DNA of 64,000 nucleotides from Deltaproteobacteria bacterium (GTDB lineage Bacteria; Bdellovibrionota_B; Oligoflexia; Oligoflexales; Bog-1112): NCBI GenBank assembly GCA_947466225.1, contig CANIBL010000004.1, positions 2,408 to 66,407 of the forward strand, read 5' to 3'. Shown piece by piece: positions 9,457 to 17,421 of this stretch (position 1 is its first letter; each line of letters starts with the position of its first letter). The notes under the pieces were generated by a model. It saw only the letters and a program-made list of their open reading frames with translations, ran no database searches and was not told where the DNA came from. The position numbers and the translations under genes were made by a program.

Positions 9457-10450
9457 GGTTTTGGTACTGGGTGCCAACGGGCATCTGGGGCGAAATCTCG
9501 TAGAGACCCTATTGAAAAAGGGGTATAGCGTACGAGCCGGGGTTCGCTCTTTGTTGCATCCATTGCCCATATGGGAAGGGCGATCTGCGGAGGTAGTGCA
9601 GGTAGACATTCTGGATGGAGCCTCCCTGGATCAAGCCATGTATGGGGTAGAAGGCGTGTTTCACTGTGCAGCGCCTACCGCTCTTTGGGCAAAGGATGCA
9701 AGGAAAGAAATTGCTGCGCCCATACTACGAGGTACGTTGGAGGTAATCGAGGCGGCCCATCGTCAGGGGGTGAAAAAAATACTTTATACCTCTACCTGTG
9801 CTGCCATCGGATTTCATGCGCCAAAAGGAAGCGTTCTAACAGAAATAGATTGGAATCGAGAGACACAGCATCCCCAATTTAAAAGTAAAGTAGAAGCTGA
9901 GCTGCAAGGGGGAAAACTAGCAAAGAAATATGGCATTTCCTTTGTTCGGGTTTGTCCCCCTAGCATTTTGGGTCCTGGGTTTTATCGATCCACACCGAGT
10001 ACAGCACCTTATGTAGGGTGGATCAACGGAAAGAAAATTGCAGTCCCGGATCTCGCCTATCATGTGGTGGATGTACGAGATCTTGCAAAGTCACAGCTAC
10101 ATCTCTATGAGATGGCCGATGTACAAGATCGCTACATTGTATGTGGCCCATATACGGGAACCCAAGAGGTAATCGATATCCTTCGACGTGGTATGCCTCT
10201 ACTCAAAAACCCCATTCTGCTGTCATCTCGCATGTTGCCTATCGCATGGGGACTGGAGTGGATTCAGCGCCAAGTAACAGGCACGCCTCGTACCCTGACT
10301 CGTACCTTGATTCGAGAGTGTGGAAGCGCAACCCAGCAATTAGATGGAAGCCGATTCCTAGCAACCTGTGAACCAGGGTGGGCGTTCACCCCGTTGGAGA
10401 CGACACTATGGGATATGGTGCATTGGATACAACGTTCGAAGATACATTGA
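9449..10450 (+). CDS. NAD-dependent epimerase/dehydratase (dihydroflavonol-reductase/HpnA-like extended SDR)
   Basis: GANGHLG, VFHCAA, YTST, VDVRDLA; the YxxxK motif reads QFKSK. Confidence 0.85.
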   Translation: MPEVLVLGANGHLGRNLVETLLKKGYSVRAGVRSLLHPLPIWEGRSAEVVQVDILDGASLDQAMYGVEGVFHCAAPTALWAKDARKEIAAPILRGTLEVIEAAHRQGVKKILYTSTCAAIGFHAPKGSVLTEIDWNRETQHPQFKSKVEAELQGGKLAKKYGISFVRVCPPSILGPGFYRSTPSTAPYVGWINGKKIAVPDLAYHVVDVRDLAKSQLHLYEMADVQDRYIVCGPYTGTQEVIDILRRGMPLLKNPILLSSRMLPIAWGLEWIQRQVTGTPRTLTRTLIRECGSATQQLDGSRFLATCEPGWAFTPLETTLWDMVHWIQRSKIH

Positions 10451-12684
10451 AAATTGTTACATGCAGGCGGGAATTTCCTCCGAATGTACCCCAGCGAGGC
10501 AAAGCCCAAACGTTATTCGCGTTAGCTGATCAAGGTTTTTGTGTGCCTCGTGGTATTTCTATTTGGTGCCCAGAGACGTGGAAGGGGGCCTTGACATTTC
10601 ATGATAGGCAGAGGATTTCTACGGTGTGCAAAAAGCTCTGTGTACAGGGGAATTGGATTGTACGATCTGCCTTTTTTACCGAAGATGGCGTTATACATGC
10701 TCATGCAGGTGAGTTTGCCTCCTATCCCCATTTGAGTACAATGGAAGCCATATGCGATGCGATTGAGGCCAGTGCTATCGAGTGGAAATTGCGTGATCAT
10801 GGGGGCTTCTGTATACTGGTACAAGAGATGGTACTGGGCTCTCATTCTGGGGTTTGCTTTCTGAGAGAGAGTGGAGATATTTCCCTTGGATTGGTACAAG
10901 GGGGATGTGAGTCGGTTACAGCTGGAACTGGGGTTGTGGAAGAGATCTTGCTGGATCGTACTACGTTACGAGTGATCTCTCCTTCGACCCTTCCTTCTGC
11001 GGAGAGGGAAATTTCGCGATTTGTAGGGGAAGTTGCGCTTCAGGTCTATGCATTCGATCCAATGCCGTTGGATATTGAGTGGACGTTTTATCAAGGCAAG
11101 GTAGTTGTTTTACAAGCACGTCCATTAACATCCGAAGCTGCTTTGGATCTTCAGCAAGAAATCGTTCAAGTTGAAATCCAACGCTTGCAACAATATCCAG
11201 ATGACGTATGGACTGATCTCTCGATTTCGGAAGTTTTTGGTACACCATCTCCCCTGTTTACCTCCCTTTTGCAACAGGATACAGGGTATCTTGCCTGTAT
11301 ACGAAAGACACTCTCCTTATTTGGCTTGCCTACGTATCCGGATCTTACGGGGGCTCCAATTTTTTCCCCCATTTGTCACAAGGCATATCTTAATCTGTCT
11401 GCTTATTTGCGTGCAGTATGTCCTGCTTTTCAGATTCAGCGCAATCCGAAGTCAGAGGTAGGATCTCCATTTTTACTGAAATTTCGAAGTGAATCTACAT
11501 GGTGGCAGCGTGTAATGGTTGGATGGCAGGTACTTTCGTTCATACGTCGTATCAGTGCGGTACGACGGTTGGTGGAGGCCCCGCCTCGGGAGTTCGTAGA
11601 ATCCCCGTTTCAAGAAACATTCCGAGAGTTAACAGAACAAATTTGCCCTCGGCACCTCAGTACGGATCTCTTGGCTGCCTGGGGACAGGGGTGGTTGCGG
11701 TGGGTTTTGCAAAAATGGAAACCATTGGAAGCAAAAGAAATCGAGCATCAGCTGATTTCTGGTCTAGATAATAATTTCAATGTGATGTGCACCCAGGGAT
11801 TGTGGGACTTGTCGCAGGGAAAACTTTCTCTTGAAGCGTTTCTGATTCGATTCGGTCATCGAGGCAATCCAGATTGGGAAATTGCAGCCCCTAGGTGGCG
11901 GGAAACACCGGATAAAGTCAAGAAAATGGCCTTGCAGATGCAACATATGGAAGATCCCCACGCCCGTTTTGTACAGCAACAAAAAAAACGTCTGGAGGTA
12001 GAGGCAGCATTCTTTCGGTGGATTCGTGTACATCCGATTTTCCGATGGATGCATAAAAAAATTCATCGAGAACTTAAGATGTTACAGAGGATCATCCCTT
12101 TGCGAGAAGAAACTCAAAGCCAGGTATATCGATATATGGAACAGTTGCGAGGCTTGGCCCAAGAAATGGGCCGACAATCGGGGTTGCCAGAAGGGGATGT
12201 GTTTTTTTTGACCCTAACGGAATTTGAACGCTTGCCGATTGTGCCACTGGATGTACTATCTCAGATTCAGCAACGAAAACGAGAGCGAGAATTGGCCCCT
12301 CGCTTATATACACCTTCTGTGGTGGATGCCAAAAATTGTAAGGAAATTGGACAAATCCCTTCTTCTACTCTAGATGGAGTGTCATATGAAGGAATTGGAA
12401 TTTCACCTGGATATGCCGAAGGGGTGGTGCGGAAGGTACAAGTGATCGATGAAAATACTCAGGTTCATGCAGAGGATGTGTTCGTGATGCCATGGGTAGA
12501 CCCATCTTGGGCATCCGTATTGATTCAGGCCAAGGCCCTGATATTGGAGCGAGGCAGCAGTTTCAGTCATAGTGCCATCTTAGCGCGAGAATATGGACTT
12601 CCAGCTGTGGTCTGTTCTGCGAAGTGGGAAAATGGACAACGCGTTGCGGTCAATGGTATAACAGGAAAGGTTTGTATTTTGTAA
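10447..12684 (+). CDS. Second PEP-utilizing/ATP-grasp phosphotransferase, RPH/PigC-like
   Basis: GKA, IVRSAF..EDG...HAGEF, VQEMV, SGVCF, DIEWT, LQARPLT, FGHRG..WE...PRW, GSSFSHSAILAREYGLPAV. TTG 10447 overlaps the upstream TGA. Confidence 0.85.
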   Translation: MKIVTCRREFPPNVPQRGKAQTLFALADQGFCVPRGISIWCPETWKGALTFHDRQRISTVCKKLCVQGNWIVRSAFFTEDGVIHAHAGEFASYPHLSTMEAICDAIEASAIEWKLRDHGGFCILVQEMVLGSHSGVCFLRESGDISLGLVQGGCESVTAGTGVVEEILLDRTTLRVISPSTLPSAEREISRFVGEVALQVYAFDPMPLDIEWTFYQGKVVVLQARPLTSEAALDLQQEIVQVEIQRLQQYPDDVWTDLSISEVFGTPSPLFTSLLQQDTGYLACIRKTLSLFGLPTYPDLTGAPIFSPICHKAYLNLSAYLRAVCPAFQIQRNPKSEVGSPFLLKFRSESTWWQRVMVGWQVLSFIRRISAVRRLVEAPPREFVESPFQETFRELTEQICPRHLSTDLLAAWGQGWLRWVLQKWKPLEAKEIEHQLISGLDNNFNVMCTQGLWDLSQGKLSLEAFLIRFGHRGNPDWEIAAPRWRETPDKVKKMALQMQHMEDPHARFVQQQKKRLEVEAAFFRWIRVHPIFRWMHKKIHRELKMLQRIIPLREETQSQVYRYMEQLRGLAQEMGRQSGLPEGDVFFLTLTEFERLPIVPLDVLSQIQQRKRERELAPRLYTPSVVDAKNCKEIGQIPSSTLDGVSYEGIGISPGYAEGVVRKVQVIDENTQVHAEDVFVMPWVDPSWASVLIQAKALILERGSSFSHSAILAREYGLPAVVCSAKWENGQRVAVNGITGKVCIL

Positions 12685-12708
12685 TTTGGCGGTGTCTACG
12701 GGGCTTCG

Positions 12709-13677
12709 ATGTATAAAATTTTAACCTTCAATCATCATGAAACGTACTTGGCCTGGCTTGCACAGACCGGGCATCATTTCGATGTGGTGACCCAATATGG
12801 ATCCCTCTCGTTGCCTTGGTTGCATGATCGGGTGCCTTGTCCTCCTAACGTGAATTTGGTCCCATGGGGAAAAGAAGTACAAAAAAAATTGCGAGAAGGC
12901 TATTATGACATGGTGCTTTGCCATACGGTGAAAAATCTGATTTGGATGTTTCCGTATACAAGGTCCCAATTCATTTTTCTCCAGCATATTCCCTTGTTTC
13001 GATATATTCCCACCCTGTACATAAAATCTTGGGTGAAACGATGGGTTGTCTCGATTTTTTGTAAAACTCATGCATGTAAATTAGTAGCTGTTTCTGAATT
13101 CAAATCTCGTTCGTGGCAGTTTCCCGATACTTCGGTAATTGAATTTGCCGTGTTACCTTTTCCTCCCGTTTATTCGGATAGCGAAGCCAAAATTGTTATG
13201 GTGGGAAATCAAGTAAAAGAGCGGGGTCCTGAGTTGGGGTGGCCGATTGTGGAGCCTTTGTTGTCGGAGTTCCCTATTACCATAGTGGGAATGAATCCTC
13301 AGATTCCAAACTCTGTTCGATTAAAAGATTATGCTACATTTCAAGAGTATTTGCGGCAGTTTTCAATTTATTTATATACAGTACAAATGCCATACGGAGA
13401 TGGCTTGAATTGTAGTTTGGTGGAAGCTATGAGCATGGGGATGGCAGTCGTTACCTTATATAACCCGACTTCTCCGATTCAACACGGAGAAACAGGTTTG
13501 GTCGCCCATGACCTAGCAGAACTTCGATTGCATCTTCAAACTTTGCTTCAGGATAAAGAGTTACAAAAAAAATTGGGAGAAAATGCAAAAAAAATGGTGA
13601 AAGAGAGATTCTCAATCGTGCGTTTTGTAGAACAGTGGAATGCCGTATTTTCTTCTGCTGCAAAGATCTTAAATTGA
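12709..13677 (+). CDS. Glycosyltransferase family 4 (GT-B)
   Basis: DGLNCSLVEAMSMGMAVV, IQHGETG, RFSIVRF. Confidence 0.85.
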   Translation: MYKILTFNHHETYLAWLAQTGHHFDVVTQYGSLSLPWLHDRVPCPPNVNLVPWGKEVQKKLREGYYDMVLCHTVKNLIWMFPYTRSQFIFLQHIPLFRYIPTLYIKSWVKRWVVSIFCKTHACKLVAVSEFKSRSWQFPDTSVIEFAVLPFPPVYSDSEAKIVMVGNQVKERGPELGWPIVEPLLSEFPITIVGMNPQIPNSVRLKDYATFQEYLRQFSIYLYTVQMPYGDGLNCSLVEAMSMGMAVVTLYNPTSPIQHGETGLVAHDLAELRLHLQTLLQDKELQKKLGENAKKMVKERFSIVRFVEQWNAVFSSAAKILN

Positions 13678-13749
13678 CCGTCATAGAAAATGTTTATACA
13701 GTCACCCTTCGTCTTGTTGAATTGGATTTGAGAAGAAGGTGGTGGCAGT

Positions 13750-15792
13750 ATGAGAAGAATCGCTTGTGGGATTTTCAGTGCACTCTTTTTTTTCCAAGTG
13801 GGATTGGGCACAGAAATATCTGTCAATCAGTATGCCCCTTGTTGGTTCATCGGACAGCCAACCATAAAACCATCGCAACCCAACCAGATGATTTTTGAAA
13901 CATGGACTGCTGCAGTAGATCCTTACTTGCAAACCTTCTATCGAAATATTCCCCCTAAGTCAGGTCGATTTCGTTCCGTCTCTCCCGATAAAATGTTTTC
14001 CATTGTGCCTCTCATGAGTTTTTATGCCAGTACCACCCCCACGCAATGGACACCTTCTCTTGATACCCCGCATTTGTTTTGGGATTGGAATCTCCTTGGG
14101 GATTCCTTTGTGTATTTTGGAGGCGCTGATAGCCAAGGTCAGTTGGTATTTCCCCCAGCAGGGCTCATTCGCGCTGCCCATCAACGGGGGGTCCCGATTT
14201 ATGGGACCATCTTTTTTTCGGAAACCAGTCCAGGGGCATGGGTAGAGTCCTTTGTAGCCAAAACGGAGAGCGACACGTACCCAGCTGTAGATCAATTGTT
14301 GGCTATGGCCCAAGCTTACCAGTTGGATGGATTTTTTCTTAACCAAGAGTCGGAAGATTTTACTGACAATGCGGCCTTTATCCCGTTCTTTGCCTATTTC
14401 AACCAACAAGCGCAGCTTCTAGCCCAGGGTGAAGAGCCCCTCAAGTTGGTGTGGTATGACTTGAGTTACCAACCTGATACGGCATTTATGAAAACGGAAA
14501 GCCCCCTTTTCTTGAATTATACCTGGTCACAATCAAGCAATGAAAAAAGTTGGGTAGAAACAGCAGAGGTAGAGAAATTTGCTTTGTCCAATCTCCAGTT
14601 TGGCATCGATATGGAAAATGAGGGTGCATATACTTTTCCCGGAATAAGTAGTTTGGTTAGTAGTGTGGTCGCTGCCAGCACTCAGTGTCAATGTGGTCTG
14701 TTCGATGTAGGGCAGATGGTGATGCAGGGGCAAAGTGTGGCCCCTGATTTGACTACGGCAGTTACCCTTGTGCGAAATTTTTATGAAGGGGCACCAGCGC
14801 CTTCTATTTCAATTTTTGTGCCTCGTGCATCTTCTGTAGGGGCATTGGGTTCCTTCTCCTCATCTGCCATACGACCTGTACTTGCAGAGAAAGACACCCC
14901 TCGATTATCCCAAACTTCCTCGTGTGTAGCCAGTACGGTGGCAGCCTATAGTAGCTTGATGGGAGATCGGTTTTCTAGCTTCTTCAACGTGGGGCAAGGG
15001 AACCAATTTTTTGTTCAAGGGAAAGTGATGAGCGCGCAACCATGGTGGGAACCAGGATTACAAGATATGAGTGTGGTGCCGCAATGGGCGGTACCGGAGA
15101 AAATCGTCACTGCCCAGATCACAGCAGGTTATAATACGCAACTGGCATTTATGGGCGGATCCAGTTTGAACTGGATGGGTACCTTGCAGTCGGATAATGC
15201 CGTTACCTATCCTCTCTTTCATACGAAGCTTTCTCTCAAAGCGGGTTCTCAATTGCAAGTCTCTTATCTAGGGGGGCATAAACGAGAAGAAATTCTGTTG
15301 GAAACAACAAAAGGTGTGGAGGTGCCAATCAAGCTGACGGAAGAAGGGAAAAATTGGGTGACCCAGTCTGTTATTTTGCCTGAGGCTCTGGAGATAAAAG
15401 CCATCAAGATTCGGTTTCTCAAAGGGGAAAAAAGTATTGCTTTGAATTTCAACCTGGGTGGCATCTTGGTTGGATCTGCCGTTGAGCCAACACCTGAAGT
15501 ACCGATAAATTTGGTGGCCCAGGGCCCTGGTGTTGGAAATACGGGTGCTGCATTGCTCACATGGGCGCCCATGGAGCATGCCGTATCCTATGAGATTCGA
15601 TCTTTTCCCGCAGATGGGCCCTCTGTCTTTGTAGCTCGTGTTTCCACCCCAGCCTATTACTTTTCTTCTTTGGTGATGGGCGTTACCCTTGGTGTAGCTA
15701 GCGTGGGACGGGATGGGCTGGCCTCAGAATATGCAAAAGTGGTGGTACAGAGTGAATTGCAGGCTGCGATAGGGGATTGGGAGGTGCTGTAA
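13750..15792 (+). CDS. Exported endo-beta-N-acetylglucosaminidase (GH85) with C-terminal FN3-like domain
   Basis: Signal peptide; FVYFGG, PPAGLIRAAHQRGVPIYGTIFF, DGFFLNQE (catalytic NxE), WYD, FLNYTW, FNVGQG. Confidence 0.85.
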   Translation: MRRIACGIFSALFFFQVGLGTEISVNQYAPCWFIGQPTIKPSQPNQMIFETWTAAVDPYLQTFYRNIPPKSGRFRSVSPDKMFSIVPLMSFYASTTPTQWTPSLDTPHLFWDWNLLGDSFVYFGGADSQGQLVFPPAGLIRAAHQRGVPIYGTIFFSETSPGAWVESFVAKTESDTYPAVDQLLAMAQAYQLDGFFLNQESEDFTDNAAFIPFFAYFNQQAQLLAQGEEPLKLVWYDLSYQPDTAFMKTESPLFLNYTWSQSSNEKSWVETAEVEKFALSNLQFGIDMENEGAYTFPGISSLVSSVVAASTQCQCGLFDVGQMVMQGQSVAPDLTTAVTLVRNFYEGAPAPSISIFVPRASSVGALGSFSSSAIRPVLAEKDTPRLSQTSSCVASTVAAYSSLMGDRFSSFFNVGQGNQFFVQGKVMSAQPWWEPGLQDMSVVPQWAVPEKIVTAQITAGYNTQLAFMGGSSLNWMGTLQSDNAVTYPLFHTKLSLKAGSQLQVSYLGGHKREEILLETTKGVEVPIKLTEEGKNWVTQSVILPEALEIKAIKIRFLKGEKSIALNFNLGGILVGSAVEPTPEVPINLVAQGPGVGNTGAALLTWAPMEHAVSYEIRSFPADGPSVFVARVSTPAYYFSSLVMGVTLGVASVGRDGLASEYAKVVVQSELQAAIGDWEVL

Positions 15793-15839
15793 AGGTCTGC
15801 GAATACTCCGGCCGTATAGGGACCTCCTCCGATTGAGTA

Positions 15840-17351
15840 CTATCTCCAAAGCTTGCCAAACTCTTTTGCGATGTTCCGATACAGCCCTCTATGCGCTTCA
15901 TTGGGTACAAACTCTCGCTCGATGGGGGATGCCATTTGCGCAGGTGTGATCCACCCTAGCCCAAGTGCAGCAATCCATGCAGCCCCTCGTGCGTTGGCAT
16001 GCAGCGGCATGTCTACGCGTAACAAAGTTCGCTCCATCACATCGGCGTGGATTTGACACCATAAATCGGATCGGACACCGCCTCCAATCGCATGGATCTG
16101 ATCGAGGCGTCGTCCAACAAAAGATTCGACAGCATGCAGCAACCAGCGACTGTTGAAGGCAACCCCTTCATATACAGCCCGGAGCATATCTTCAGGGCCA
16201 TGCCGTAAAGAAAGATGATGAAATCCTCCGCGAATGTGATGGTTCTCTAGGGGGCCTCGTTCTCCGTTGATCCAAGGCGTGTAGAGCAAGCCTCGACTTC
16301 CAGCGGGGGCTTGATGTGCGAGTTGTTCCATTTGTGCATAGCTCTCTGCAGTCAATGACTGTTGTGCAAAGAGCAAGCGATGGGCATGTTGCAAACAGAT
16401 CCCAGCAGATTCTTGTGCATTAGCAACAAAATATTTTCCCGGCAAACCTGCTGGTAGTGCGGCCATATTAAATCGAAAAGAGGTTTTTTTACGAGGTACG
16501 TGGCAGGTAATCCACGAAGATGTCCCCAAGTAGAGATGGGCTCGATAATCGGCTACAGCCCCGGAGCCGATGGTCGCAGCATGCACATCTGGGCTCCCTA
16601 CGAATACGGGCGTGTGAGGGGAAAGGCCCCATCGTTGTGCCAAACTGGTTTGAATCGGTCCCAGTATATGTGTAGCGGGATACAGAGACGGAAGTTTCTC
16701 TATCTCAATGCCGCATTGGGTGAGCAAGGCTTTGTCGTAGCGCACTCGATGAATGTCTCGGTTATCGGTGACCCAGTGAAGGGCGATGGTGTCGTAGGAG
16801 CTACCATATCGGCCGGTAAGCTTATAGTTGAGGTAATCCTTGGGTTCGAGAAAGATGGCAGCTTGTCGATACAGTTCTGGGTGATGCTTGCGCAGATACA
16901 AAATATGAGCTAGGGAGTCTTTTCCAGATTTCCCAGGGGCTCCACCGGTTTTACGGATCCAGGGAACCAAGGTGCGTAGAGAATAGCCTTGGATACTGGG
17001 TTTTCCTTGTATCAAATCTTGGATGACGCCAGCTCCGCGACTGTCCATCCAAAGCAGCCCCTTGCTGAGCGGTTGCCCTTCGTGATCCAAGGCGATGCTT
17101 CCAGACCATTGTCCCGTGCAACAAATGCCTGCGAGGGTATGGTGGGCAAGGTGAGGGAGAAGCTCTCCAACCGCCTTCTCTACTGCCGTCCACCACATGT
17201 CTGGGCACTGCTCCACGCCGCCATCTGGTAGAAAAAGGAGAGCAGTAGGAGAAAAAGCGCTGCGAAATAATGCCCCAGATTGGCTGTGTAAAGAAGCTTT
17301 AACGCCAGAGGTGCCGAGATCGATGGCAAGAAGAAGTGACGTAGTGGAAAT
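15840..17351 (-). CDS. FGGY-family carbohydrate kinase (xylulokinase-like)
   Basis: LAIDLGTSGVK, WMDSRG, PKDYL, YLGTSSW, INGERGP, GGGVRS. Start uncertain: ATT 17351 after an RBS, or upstream TTG/GTG near 17500. Confidence 0.88.
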   Translation of the reverse strand: MSTTSLLLAIDLGTSGVKASLHSQSGALFRSAFSPTALLFLPDGGVEQCPDMWWTAVEKAVGELLPHLAHHTLAGICCTGQWSGSIALDHEGQPLSKGLLWMDSRGAGVIQDLIQGKPSIQGYSLRTLVPWIRKTGGAPGKSGKDSLAHILYLRKHHPELYRQAAIFLEPKDYLNYKLTGRYGSSYDTIALHWVTDNRDIHRVRYDKALLTQCGIEIEKLPSLYPATHILGPIQTSLAQRWGLSPHTPVFVGSPDVHAATIGSGAVADYRAHLYLGTSSWITCHVPRKKTSFRFNMAALPAGLPGKYFVANAQESAGICLQHAHRLLFAQQSLTAESYAQMEQLAHQAPAGSRGLLYTPWINGERGPLENHHIRGGFHHLSLRHGPEDMLRAVYEGVAFNSRWLLHAVESFVGRRLDQIHAIGGGVRSDLWCQIHADVMERTLLRVDMPLHANARGAAWIAALGLGWITPAQMASPIEREFVPNEAHRGLYRNIAKEFGKLWR

Positions 17352-17421
17352 GATAAACCCCCTTCTATCGTGAACCCAAGATGGAATTTTACGATAGGGG
17401 AGGAAAAATGGGTAGAAGGAG

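Noticed and set aside
1483-12684. Calling the PEP-utilizers ppsA/ppdK or rifampicin resistance rph
   Set aside because: The pyruvate-binding barrel is missing and the central domains are too divergent to assign; the context is biosynthetic.
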